NCBI GenBank assembly: GCA_902797685.1
Contig: CADBTQ010000089.1
Coordinates: 2,187-66,186, forward strand
Direction of reading: 5' to 3'
Source: an uncultured Eubacteriales bacterium
Lineage (GTDB): Bacteria > Bacillota > Clostridia > Christensenellales > CAG-1252
DNA: 64,000 nucleotides
Below are positions 1 through 7,784 of the stretch, one piece after another. Numbering within the stretch: position 1 is the first letter of the stretch; each line of letters begins with the position of its first letter. The notes beneath the pieces were generated by a model. That model did not search any database. It saw only the letters and a list, made by a program, of their open reading frames with translations, and was not told the origin of the DNA. Position numbers and translations under genes: made by a program.

Positions 1-924
1 AAAGACCTTTACCGATTCCTTTTCCTTGAAAAGTATCGGGGCGTCGTTGTACACGAAGGCGTTGTCTACGACAATATATATCCTCAAATCATAAGCGACG
101 ATCTTTGGGAGAGAGTACAACAAAGGCACAAAGACGACACCTTGAATGTTGGCGTACGCACCAGCAGCGACTACCTGTTGTCGGGCAAACTCTATTGTAC
201 CAAGTGCCACAAAACGATGATAGGCGTGTCGGGCTACGGCAAGTTGCGCAAACGCTACTACTATTATCGGTGCAACCGCAATCGCCATAAGGGGTGGCTG
301 TGTGAAATGTCGCCCATAAACCGCGACCGGCTTCACGACGTTGTATTCAATACGACCTGTCGCTTGGTCGCCGATAACAATATGATTGTCGAGCTTGCCA
401 ACCTTATAATGAGAGAACATGAAAAGGCGGTGCAAAACAATTACACGTTGCAAGCACTACAAAACCGCTATGAGATGACAACAAGGGCAATCTCAAACTT
501 GATGAAAGCCATAGAGGAAGGAATGGTAACCGACCAAACGAAAACGCGCATCGCAGAGTTGTCCGAGCAGGCAAAACAAATCCAACTCGACATTAACTTG
601 GAAAAGATGCGTACACACCCCGATATGGAAGTGATAGATGTAATTGATTTCCTACGCGCGCAATTCTATGGAGAGACGCAAGACATTGAGATAAGGAAAG
701 CGATCCTCAAAACGTTCATTTACGCCGTTCTATATGATGGCAGCAAGGTAACGATAGTGTATAACTACCGGGACGAATACAGCCCCGTCAACCTACCGCC
801 AAGCGAGGTACAAAACTTAATAGACATAGCAGAGAAGAAAGGTGTGGTCTTTAACGGGACCACATTTTTCTTTACCCCAGAACACTTTGGAATAACAGTA
901 CACATACCACATGGCGATGAATGA
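1..924 (+). CDS. Large serine recombinase, C-terminal part (5' end lies upstream of the window)
   Basis: Frame 1 is open from nt 1 (KDLYRFLFLEKYRGVVVHEGVVYDNIYPQIISDDLWERVQQRH...) and continues into listed ORF 142..924. It has a Cys-rich zinc-ribbon (LYCTKCHKTMIGVSGYGKLRKRYYYYRCNRNRHKGWLC) followed by a long helical tail, as in phage/ICE large serine integrases. Confidence 0.8.
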   Translation, partial: KDLYRFLFLEKYRGVVVHEGVVYDNIYPQIISDDLWERVQQRHKDDTLNVGVRTSSDYLLSGKLYCTKCHKTMIGVSGYGKLRKRYYYYRCNRNRHKGWLCEMSPINRDRLHDVVFNTTCRLVADNNMIVELANLIMREHEKAVQNNYTLQALQNRYEMTTRAISNLMKAIEEGMVTDQTKTRIAELSEQAKQIQLDINLEKMRTHPDMEVIDVIDFLRAQFYGETQDIEIRKAILKTFIYAVLYDGSKVTIVYNYRDEYSPVNLPPSEVQNLIDIAEKKGVVFNGTTFFFTPEHFGITVHIPHGDE

Positions 925-968
925 TCGCCATAGCCCGTGTCATGTCTGCTTGATGCCATATCCTCCTT

Positions 969-992
969 CCCCCTGCGGGGGTTTTCTTTCTT
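969..992 (+). terminator. Rho-independent terminator after the recombinase gene
   Basis: ccccc-tgc-ggggg hairpin followed by ttttctttctt. Confidence 0.5.
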
Positions 993-1125
993 GTACAGTC
1001 TAGCACATTGAGCCACCACGGCCAAAGGGCAATTCTTGTCCCCTTGGGAGTGTCCCCCTTTGTGGTGGTGTCTCAACGCGCTCGGGGGCGCCTGTACCGA
1101 AAACCATTCGGAAGGAGGATTGGAT

Positions 1126-1383
1126 ATGTTTATCAGTTATTCCGCAGACATCTACGACACTTTGGGTTATGGCATCATTTCGTTCCGCCCGTGGGAACGT
1201 GATTGCGCTTTGGCAGTAGTCGAAGACATCAAGACTTATTTCGGCTTGCCCAACAATATCGAGGAAGACGACGGTGAGGTGTACTTCGAGGTCGACGATA
1301 GACACCTGTTCTACGGCGAGATAAAGCCCTACTTTTTCAAAGCGGTGTCGAGGTACTACGATAGCAAACGTGTCATTAAATGA
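1126..1383 (+). CDS. Small hypothetical protein (85 aa)
   Basis: ATG at 1126 is preceded by GGAAGGAGG. The listed ORF 1036..1383 has a Cys/Pro/Trp-rich N-terminal extension with no RBS, so the internal start is preferred. No recognisable motif. Confidence 0.5.
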   Translation: MFISYSADIYDTLGYGIISFRPWERDCALAVVEDIKTYFGLPNNIEEDDGEVYFEVDDRHLFYGEIKPYFFKAVSRYYDSKRVIK

Positions 1384-1611
1384 CAGCAGAGTAGTAGTAA
1401 ATCATAGGAACAGCATACGGACGCACTAACTCCCATTGCACAAAACGACTGGAATCCCCGGTCGCTAAGTGGTGATGGGTGTTCTTTTTTTGCCGTGTAC
1501 CATTGCCTACAAATGATAGGTGATTGCGCGTATTTCCTACCTACGTGATACCCTTTCCCGTGCCATTGATAGCGAGTAATTTATAACCGAATAGTATATT
1601 CACCTGTGTTT

Positions 1612-1726
1612 CCCACCACGTTAGGGTTGCTTCGCAACCCTTTTTTTGTGTCGGGCAACGGTACTCTCACCCCTGCCTTCCATCGGCTTCGTTTACTCTC
1701 GCCGATCAAGTCCGGCTAGTCCCCTC
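1612..1726 (+). repeat. Repeat family R1, copy 1 (full, ~115 nt; includes terminator hairpin gggttgc-ttc-gcaaccc + T7 at 1624-1647)
   Basis: Near-identical by eye to 3178..3292. Its 3' ~67 nt also matches 2096..2162 (cggtactctcacccctgccttc[c/t]atcggcttcgtttactctcgccgatcaagtccggctag[t/a]cccctc). Confidence 0.9.
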
Positions 1727-1780
1727 GCTTCGCTCGTGTTATTAGCGAGTCCCTTATTGCCCACCACCTCAAAATCAAAT

Positions 1781-1823
1781 CGCACCCATCCCTTGTTTCA
1801 AGGTATGGGTGCGTCTTTTATTT
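1781..1823 (+). terminator. Orphan Rho-independent terminator-like hairpin
   Basis: cgcacccat...atgggtgcg stem with inner ccttg/caagg pairing, followed by tcttttattt. No convincing ORF lies upstream. Confidence 0.45.
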
Positions 1824-1830
1824 GGGCTGA

Positions 1831-1866
1831 CGCCATCTGTGCTTGCACAAGTGGCGGAGCACATAA
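1831..1866 (+). repeat. Repeat family R2, copy 1
   Basis: cgccatctgtgcttgcacaagtggcggagcacataa matches 2200..2235 with 2 mismatches. Internally it can fold as gcca-tct-gtgc-tt-gcac-aag-tggc. Confidence 0.85.
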
Positions 1867-2095
1867 TAAAAGGCAGACCACGACAGAATGGAGTGGGCGT
1901 GATTTGATTGAAGAGGTGGTGGGGCTACCCCTTGGGAAGGAAGGGACGGATTTGCGCTAGCGCAAATCTTGTACCTTATTGCCTTACAAAGGCGTGGTGC
2001 GTTTTAAGGTTTTAAGGTGGTGGGCCGCCTGCGGCAGCAAAGGGACAGTCTAGCGCAAAGCGCTATGGCTTGTACCTTATTGCCGCAGCGCCATG

Positions 2096-2162
2096 CGGTA
2101 CTCTCACCCCTGCCTTCTATCGGCTTCGTTTACTCTCGCCGATCAAGTCCGGCTAGACCCCT
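2096..2162 (+). repeat. Repeat family R1, copy 2 (3' two-thirds only)
   Basis: Direct sequence match to 1660-1726 and 3226-3292. Confidence 0.9.
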
Positions 2163-2189
2163 CGCTGACATAGCGAGGGGTTATTCTTT
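2157..2189 (+). terminator. Rho-independent terminator-like hairpin
   Basis: cccctcgct-gacat-agcgagggg followed by ttattcttttt. Confidence 0.5.
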
Positions 2190-2199
2190 TTATAGGCAA

Positions 2200-2235
2200 C
2201 GCCATCTGTGCTTGCACAAGGGGCGGAGCATATAA
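2200..2235 (+). repeat. Repeat family R2, copy 2
   Basis: cgccatctgtgcttgcacaaggggcggagcatataa. See 1831..1866. Confidence 0.85.
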
Positions 2236-2394
2236 AAAGAACAGCCCTGTCATGAGACAGGGGTGTGGCAAATTGAAGTATGTGGAGCCGCCTGCGGCAG
2301 CAAATTGCGTTTGCCTTGCTCCCTTGACAACAATAATACTAAGTGAGAAAATAGAAATGTGGATAACTAAACCTACATGTTATATTATTGATGG

Positions 2395-3147
2395 GTGATT
2401 GAAATGGTTATTGATGTAAACTTTGACTTTACTACGGATTCTCCTAATTATTGGAAAGGCTATTGGGCTAACGACTCTTTGCTAGGACATTCTAATACTG
2501 ATCCCGACAGCAGGAGTGCCACATTACAACTCTATCATAAGTTGTTGTACAGCAAGCCACTGCCAAATGGCGATACGATGGAACTGTCCATAGGAATGGG
2601 TGCAAATTATTTGACGTGGAAGGACTTTCGCTTTGGAAGTGATTCTATTATTGCGAGTTTTCGTTATGAGCGAAATAGGGAGTTGATACAAGCCGTCGCT
2701 AATTCTATGCCTGATTATAAAAGTTTTATTGAGAACTATGTGCACAAGTCATATACAATAGGCGGAGAAATCATCTTTCCCAAGATGATAGGCGGCATAA
2801 ACCAATCGCGCGGTTGCAATCCGTTTATAAAAGACCGTTGGGATTTAACATTAGAGTGCATTCGTAAATACTACAACAACGAGGAAAGCCCTTTATATGA
2901 AGTCTTGCAAAAGAACAAGCCTTTCTTTGATTTATTTGTGAATTTCAAGGGCTATGTTGAGTTCTTTTATTTGCAGGATTGCGTAACAAATGATTATTCC
3001 CACGTTAAGTTTTGGCTTGGTAATGGTCGATTTGAATACTATCCTATGCCTAAAACTGTTGAAGAATATATCGATTGGATTGATAAGGAGCTTGAATTTG
3101 TAGAAAGTAGAAATAGACGCATTCAGAGAGATATTTACAATAGATAA
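2395..3147 (+). CDS. Hypothetical protein (~247-250 aa) in a visibly AT-rich segment
   Basis: Clean 753-nt ORF (GTG at 2395, first ATG at 2404). Its codon and base composition differ clearly from all neighbours. The N-terminal motif DPDSRSATLQLYHKLLYSKPLPNG reminds me of an uncharacterised prokaryotic family that I cannot name with certainty. Confidence 0.7.
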   Translation: MIEMVIDVNFDFTTDSPNYWKGYWANDSLLGHSNTDPDSRSATLQLYHKLLYSKPLPNGDTMELSIGMGANYLTWKDFRFGSDSIIASFRYERNRELIQAVANSMPDYKSFIENYVHKSYTIGGEIIFPKMIGGINQSRGCNPFIKDRWDLTLECIRKYYNNEESPLYEVLQKNKPFFDLFVNFKGYVEFFYLQDCVTNDYSHVKFWLGNGRFEYYPMPKTVEEYIDWIDKELEFVESRNRRIQRDIYNR

Positions 3148-3177
3148 CTATAAATAGGCTTTTTACGTTACCCAATG

Positions 3178-3292
3178 CCCACCACGTTAGGGTTGCTTTG
3201 CGACCCTTTTTTCGTGTCGGGCAACGATACTCTCACCCCTGCCTTCTATCGGCTTCGTTTACTCTCGCCGATCAAGTCCGGCTAGACCCCTC
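3178..3292 (+). repeat. Repeat family R1, copy 3 (full; includes terminator hairpin gggttgc-ttt-gcgaccc + T6 at 3189-3212)
   Basis: Starts 31 nt after the stop of the 2395..3147 gene. Near-identical to 1612..1726. Confidence 0.9.
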
Positions 3293-3305
3293 ACTTTAAC
3301 CAAAA

Positions 3306-3355
3306 AATGACACAATATGTAGTATATAACTACAACTAATGACACAATAAGTAGT
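3306..3355. promoter_or_regulatory. Two 18-nt direct repeats (aatgacacaata[t/a]gtagt) 32 nt apart, with perfect palindrome gtagtatataactac (3319-3333) between them
   Basis: Read directly from the sequence. It lies where composition shifts from AT-rich to GC-rich, just upstream of the 3396 promoter. Confidence 0.6.
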
Positions 3356-3395
3356 GGTTGACGCCTATCCCATTGATCGTCCATACTTTGCCCTC

Positions 3396-3424
3396 TTGAC
3401 AGCTTGGGGCGGGCGATTTAATAT
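3396..3424 (+). promoter_or_regulatory. Sigma-70-type promoter for the phosphoesterase gene
   Basis: TTGACA (3396-3401), 17-nt spacer, TAATAT (3419-3424). AGGGAG RBS at 3433-3438. Confidence 0.55.
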
Positions 3425-3441
3425 AGATAAGAAGGGAGACG

Positions 3442-4149
3442 ATGATGAAAAAGTATTTTGTCGTAGGCGACGTGCACGCCTTTTGGGCTCATTGGAAAGA
3501 CGCCCTCGATCAGGCGGGGTTTGACGTAGACGACCCCGACCACATCTTGGTATCCTTGGGCGATCTGTTGGATAGAGGCGAAGACCCCTTGGCGTGTCTT
3601 GAGTATGTCAACGCTCTACCCCAAGAGCGCAAGATCTTGGTGCGAGGCAATCACGAGGATCTACTCGAGGAGTGTTTGGTTAGACAAGATTTTTGGCGGC
3701 GGGACGTCGCCAACGGCACGGCAAGCACGGTGGCTAAGCTATGCGGCAAGAGGGATTGGGAGAGCGTGGAGCAAGCCGATTACGAGGTCGCTCGAAGTCA
3801 CCCCGCCCTTACCCGATACCTTGCCGACCTGGTGGACTTTGCCGAGGTGGGAGACTACGTGTTCGTGCACGGTTGGATCCCCTCGGGCATCGATTGGCGA
3901 GAGGGAGATTGGTACCGCGCCCGTTGGCAAAACGGCATGGAGCGATGGGCGGCGGGCGAACGGTTGGCGGACAAGACCATCGTGTGCGGACACTGGCACA
4001 CCAGTTGGGGACACTGTTTCCTCGAAGGCAAAGGAAGCGAATTTGGCGAGTTTTGCGACTTCTCCCCTTTTGCCAAGGACGGGATCCTCGCCGTAGACGG
4101 ATGCACCGCCTACTCCCACGTAGTCAACTGCGTGGTGTTAGAGGTATAA
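3442..4149 (+). CDS. Calcineurin-like metallophosphoesterase (Ser/Thr phosphatase / ApaH-PrpE-like)
   Basis: Motifs GDVHA, GDLLDRG, GNHE and a later GH..H pattern. The second ATG at 3445 has better RBS spacing. Confidence 0.85.
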   Translation: MMKKYFVVGDVHAFWAHWKDALDQAGFDVDDPDHILVSLGDLLDRGEDPLACLEYVNALPQERKILVRGNHEDLLEECLVRQDFWRRDVANGTASTVAKLCGKRDWESVEQADYEVARSHPALTRYLADLVDFAEVGDYVFVHGWIPSGIDWREGDWYRARWQNGMERWAAGERLADKTIVCGHWHTSWGHCFLEGKGSEFGEFCDFSPFAKDGILAVDGCTAYSHVVNCVVLEV

Positions 4150-4186
4150 AAAGCCGCTTTCCCCCACAAGAGAAAGCGGTTTTTCG
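4150..4186. terminator. Bidirectional Rho-independent terminator between convergent genes
   Basis: aagccgctttc...gaaagcggttt hairpin with an A-run upstream and a T-run downstream. Confidence 0.65.
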
Positions 4187-4200
4187 TTGGCAGAGCGGCG

Positions 4201-5253
4201 TTACGAATTGGCTTTTTCGATGAGTTGCGCCTTGCGGCGAAGGGCGTTTTTGAGTTCCACTTCTTCGTCGTCCATGTGCCACTCGTCCCGCATATTGTCG
4301 ATCACTCGCTGATATTCTTCCGCCGCCTTGGCGTAGTCCCCCATGATGGCGTAAATATCCGAGATCGCCATAGGTGCGTCGCAATAGCGCGGATGACGCT
4401 TTTCGTGCGCATAAGAGAGATTATAGTAGCGGATCGCCTTGTCGTACTCGCACTTGCGAACGTAGTATTGCGCCGCTTCAAACAGCACGTTGGCGTCCTC
4501 GGGGTGCCTCGTGGCAACTTCTTCGATCAACGCGTCCGCACGGGCGACGTCGTAGCGAGAGAGCGCGATAAAGGCGGGATAGACCTCGAGCAACACGGGA
4601 TTGGCGGCAGGGAGAGTCGTCAAAACGGCAAGATACCGTTCCGCTTCGTCCGCACGGTGGTCTGCGAGCAGGTTGTCGATGAGATAGTAGTAGGGCATCG
4701 GCGAGCGCGGCTCCACTTTGTCCGAAGCGACGACCTCTTTGTAAAAGTCGACCGCGTCGTGGTGGTTGCCAATGTTCCAGTCCCAAACGGCGTGACCCGC
4801 CGCCATGTTGAGTATCCATTGACAGTCCTTGACTTCGGGCGCCATCAAAATGGACTCTTTGGCGTAGCGCGCCGCTTTGGCGGCAAAGGCGCGCATATTG
4901 TGGTCGTAAAGGTGCGCCAACAGCGAGGTGGCGCGCTGCTTGTACTCCTCTACCCCCAGTTGGGTCTTGAGAAACTCCTCGTACTCCACGAACACGTCGT
5001 GCGGCAACTCCTCTTCCATATCCATGCGGTGATCGATACGGTTGAGTTTTTGACTGACGGTGAGGTCAAACAAGTCGTCTATGCTCACCCCGAACTCCTC
5101 GGCGAGCAAAGGCAGTAAGGTGATGTCGGGCATGGCGACGGCGTTTTCCCATTTGGACACCGATTGCGCGCTGACGCCCAGCTTTTCGGCTAACCCCTCT
5201 TGGGTCAAGCCGGCTTTTAAGCGTAGTTGTTTGATGGTGGTTGCGAGATTCAT
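4201..5253 (-). CDS. XRE-family helix-turn-helix regulator with a C-terminal TPR-like domain
   Basis: N-terminus IKQLRLKAGLTQEGLAEKLGVSAQSVSKWENAVAMPDITLLPLLAEEFGVSIDDLF is a classic HTH_3 motif. The remaining ~280 aa are helical-repeat rich (AxxYY, YxxA patterns). RBS is AAGGAGG. Confidence 0.85.
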   Translation of the reverse strand: MNLATTIKQLRLKAGLTQEGLAEKLGVSAQSVSKWENAVAMPDITLLPLLAEEFGVSIDDLFDLTVSQKLNRIDHRMDMEEELPHDVFVEYEEFLKTQLGVEEYKQRATSLLAHLYDHNMRAFAAKAARYAKESILMAPEVKDCQWILNMAAGHAVWDWNIGNHHDAVDFYKEVVASDKVEPRSPMPYYYLIDNLLADHRADEAERYLAVLTTLPAANPVLLEVYPAFIALSRYDVARADALIEEVATRHPEDANVLFEAAQYYVRKCEYDKAIRYYNLSYAHEKRHPRYCDAPMAISDIYAIMGDYAKAAEEYQRVIDNMRDEWHMDDEEVELKNALRRKAQLIEKANS

Positions 5254-5421
5254 ATTTGCCTCCTTGCGGGGTGGGATTACACCTTTATCCTACACGATTT
5301 TGCCCTTCCCGTCAATCGCGCGTTTTTACTCCCCGCTCAACCCACGGTTGAAAAACCGCAAACTCCTACGATGCGCTCTATTTCATTTTTTCGTCCCGGA
5401 ACGCCATAAAACGGTAGATTT

Positions 5422-5450
5422 TTGACCGTCGGATATTGTATGATTAAGAT
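5422..5450 (+). promoter_or_regulatory. Candidate promoter for the 5488 gene
   Basis: TTGACC, 17-nt spacer, TAAGAT. RBS AAAGGAG precedes ATG 5488. Confidence 0.4.
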
Positions 5451-5487
5451 AGCGCGCGGCGCATAATCAACCGAAAGGAGTAACGAT

Positions 5488-6507
5488 ATGAAATTACAAA
5501 CCATTGGCAATCACTACCGCCGTTTTTTGCTGACAGTCATACTGACGGTGATCGCGGCAATCTTGTTGGTAGCGGGCATTCTCATCACCAAAAACGCCAA
5601 CAAAGGCTATATCGAGACCACCGCCACCATCGTAGACATCACGTCCGAACAGGGCATCGACCCCGAAGATACCGTTTATCATGCTTACGTGGATTACACC
5701 GTGGACGGCACGGAGTATCATCACATTGCGCTCAACACTTATGACGGAACGTATAAAGTGGGCAAGCAAGTGACCGTGATGTACAACCCCCAAAACCCCG
5801 CCGAGATCGTGGGTAAAAACCCCTCGTGGCTGCCCATCGTGTTGTTCGTGGCGGCAGGCGTGTTGTTTGTAGGTGCGATCGCGTCCATCGTGTTTGCGGT
5901 GCGCGCCAACAAAAAAGCCAAGGATATGGCGGCAAAACCTGTCATCAGCGACGAAGGCAGGGAGATGGGCGCCATGCAAAAACTCTATTTTTCGTGGGAC
6001 ACCAAAACGCCCGTCAAAATGCGCTTTTATATCGACGATGAAAACCGCAACCTCTTGTACGAGGGCAAAATGACCCACTTCAACGCGGTAGCGCCCCACA
6101 CCTACCTCTTCGTCGACCACGTCAATCACGCCGAGACCGAGCACAAGGTCGGACACGTCAACGAGGCGGACAGCGGCAGCATCACCGTGTCGCAAGGCTT
6201 TACCTTCGACGGGGTGGAGATGAACGAATATCTCACCGCCAACCACATCCGCGTGACCCACGGCATGAGCAACCAAGGGATCGCTTTGTCCTTCAACATC
6301 TACTTCAACGACACCTTGATCGCGACCGCCGAGAGCAGCTCCCGCTACGCGCACGAGGACGACAAGGAAGCGCATCCCCATGCGTCCAAGCTGCGTCTCA
6401 ACCAATACTTCTACGAAATCGTTGGGCAAGTGTCCTACGTGGACGTCATCTTCCTCGCCCTCTTCCGCGAGACCCAAGCCCCGCGTCTTGGATCGTTGTT
6501 GGGTTAA
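5488..6507 (+). CDS. Membrane protein with a DUF3592-like N-terminal module
   Basis: Two TM helices flank the segment TATIVDITSE...YHAYVDYTVDGTEYHHIALNTYDGTYKVGKQVTVMYNPQNPAEIV, which is a DUF3592-type pattern. Good RBS. The C-terminal ~190 aa are unassigned. Confidence 0.7.
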   Translation: MKLQTIGNHYRRFLLTVILTVIAAILLVAGILITKNANKGYIETTATIVDITSEQGIDPEDTVYHAYVDYTVDGTEYHHIALNTYDGTYKVGKQVTVMYNPQNPAEIVGKNPSWLPIVLFVAAGVLFVGAIASIVFAVRANKKAKDMAAKPVISDEGREMGAMQKLYFSWDTKTPVKMRFYIDDENRNLLYEGKMTHFNAVAPHTYLFVDHVNHAETEHKVGHVNEADSGSITVSQGFTFDGVEMNEYLTANHIRVTHGMSNQGIALSFNIYFNDTLIATAESSSRYAHEDDKEAHPHASKLRLNQYFYEIVGQVSYVDVIFLALFRETQAPRLGSLLG

Positions 6508-6520
6508 ACCTCTGTTCGAC

Positions 6521-6568
6521 GAAAAAAATCCCCGTTTTGCTTGACGGCAAAACGGGGATATTTTTTTG
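6521..6568. terminator. Bidirectional Rho-independent terminator
   Basis: 13-bp stem atccccgttttgc/gcaaaacggggat, with A7 upstream and T7 downstream. It sits between convergent genes. Confidence 0.8.
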
Positions 6569-6575
6569 TTTTCGA

Positions 6576-7784
6576 TCAGCCCATCGGAATGTTGGGGACG
6601 TCGATGGACACGTCCGAGAGGGGGAAGGCGCAACAGGGATGCACGTACCCGAAGTCCTTGTCCGCCATGCGGCGGCCGTCCACTTCGGCGGGGATAAAGA
6701 CCTCGCCCGCGAGGAGTTGGGCGTGGCACCAACCGCAACGACCGCTACGGCAATCGGACGGGGGATTGAGCCCCGCGTCTTCCATCGCGCGCAGTAGGCT
6801 AGTATCCGCACGACAAGCGACGGTGTGCGACACCCCGTTCATGCGCACGGTGAGTTGATATTGTCCTTGTATGTCCCCATGGTAAGCGGGGTCGCGTTCG
6901 GGGTGGAAATACTCACCGAATAACTCGTGACGGACGAATTTGCGCCGCAAACCCAATTTGGCGATCTCTTGGTCGGCAAAGCGGTACAACGCCTGCGGAC
7001 CGCACATAAACACCGAGTACGGCTCGGACTTGGGCGCGTAGCGGCTGATGATATCCGCGGTCACAAAGCCGTGTTCGCATCCCTCTCTCTCCTCTTCGCT
7101 GAGCACGTTGACCAGCTTGACTTTGGGATTGCGACGGGCGATCTCGGCGATCTCGTCCGAAAATACCGCGTCGGACAGGGTGCGGCTGCCGTACAACAGC
7201 AGCAAGCTGCAGTCTTCCGTCCCTTGGTCAATGGCGCGAGCAAGCGCGCGGAAAGGGGTGATACCGCTACCGCCGGCGATGCCGACCACCGTTTTGGCGT
7301 CGCGCAAGGGTTGGTAGGTAAAGTCCCCCAAAGGAGCGGACGCGACCACCTTTTGCCCCACTTCGAAGTGATCCAAAATATAGTTGCTGGCGATACCGCC
7401 CGCTACACGCTTGATCGTCAAACGATAGATACCGTCTTGGGCGTCCTTGGGAGAGGAAGCGATGGAATAAGGACGACTGATACGTCTGCCGTCCACTTCG
7501 ATATTGAGTACCAAGTACTGCCCCGCGTCAAACCACGCCAAGCGCTCGGTGCCCATGGAAGGGTCGGGAGCGAGCAGCACGCTCTTGAAGTCGGGGCTGT
7601 GTTCGACGATCTCTTTGACGACCAAAAACTGCGCGTGGGGGTGCAATTCCCTCGCCAGTCGGTTGGGGAGATAGTCGTACAGATCTTTGACGGGAGTTTC
7701 CGCCCCCGCCTTGATGGCTTTGAGTCTGCCCGACACCAATTTGATGAGGGCAAGGCGTTTGAGTTTGCGAATGTTCGATTTCAT
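6576..7784 (-). CDS. FNR-family flavin reductase with a C-terminal plant-type 2Fe-2S ferredoxin domain
   Basis: RPYSIASSP (FAD RxYS motif), GIAGGSGITPF (NAD(P) motif) and a C-terminal CRSGRCGWCH...C cluster motif. Its ATG directly abuts the stop of the upstream gene. Confidence 0.85.
   Translation of the reverse strand: MKSNIRKLKRLALIKLVSGRLKAIKAGAETPVKDLYDYLPNRLARELHPHAQFLVVKEIVEHSPDFKSVLLAPDPSMGTERLAWFDAGQYLVLNIEVDGRRISRPYSIASSPKDAQDGIYRLTIKRVAGGIASNYILDHFEVGQKVVASAPLGDFTYQPLRDAKTVVGIAGGSGITPFRALARAIDQGTEDCSLLLLYGSRTLSDAVFSDEIAEIARRNPKVKLVNVLSEEEREGCEHGFVTADIISRYAPKSEPYSVFMCGPQALYRFADQEIAKLGLRRKFVRHELFGEYFHPERDPAYHGDIQGQYQLTVRMNGVSHTVACRADTSLLRAMEDAGLNPPSDCRSGRCGWCHAQLLAGEVFIPAEVDGRRMADKDFGYVHPCCAFPLSDVSIDVPNIPMG

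Noticed and set aside
1646-2235. ORFs 1646..1960 (104 aa) and 2017..2235 (72 aa), which share the peptide VLSPLPSIGFVYSRRSSPA.
   Set aside because: The shared peptide is simply the translation of repeat R1. Neither ORF has an RBS, and both run through terminator hairpins, so I treat the region as non-coding.
1612-3292. R1 repeats as duplicated tRNA 3' ends (integration-site duplications).
   Set aside because: I saw no T-arm (GGTTCGAAT-type) or acceptor-stem features, and no cloverleaf can be drawn. I found no tRNA or rRNA gene anywhere in the window.
4225-5118. 297-aa plus-strand ORF.
   Set aside because: It is antisense to the HTH-TPR regulator gene.
5494-6738. 414-aa minus-strand ORF.
   Set aside because: It is antisense to 5488..6507, which has the RBS, TM helices and a DUF3592-like motif. 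The minus product is R/G/H-rich and runs through the bidirectional terminator.
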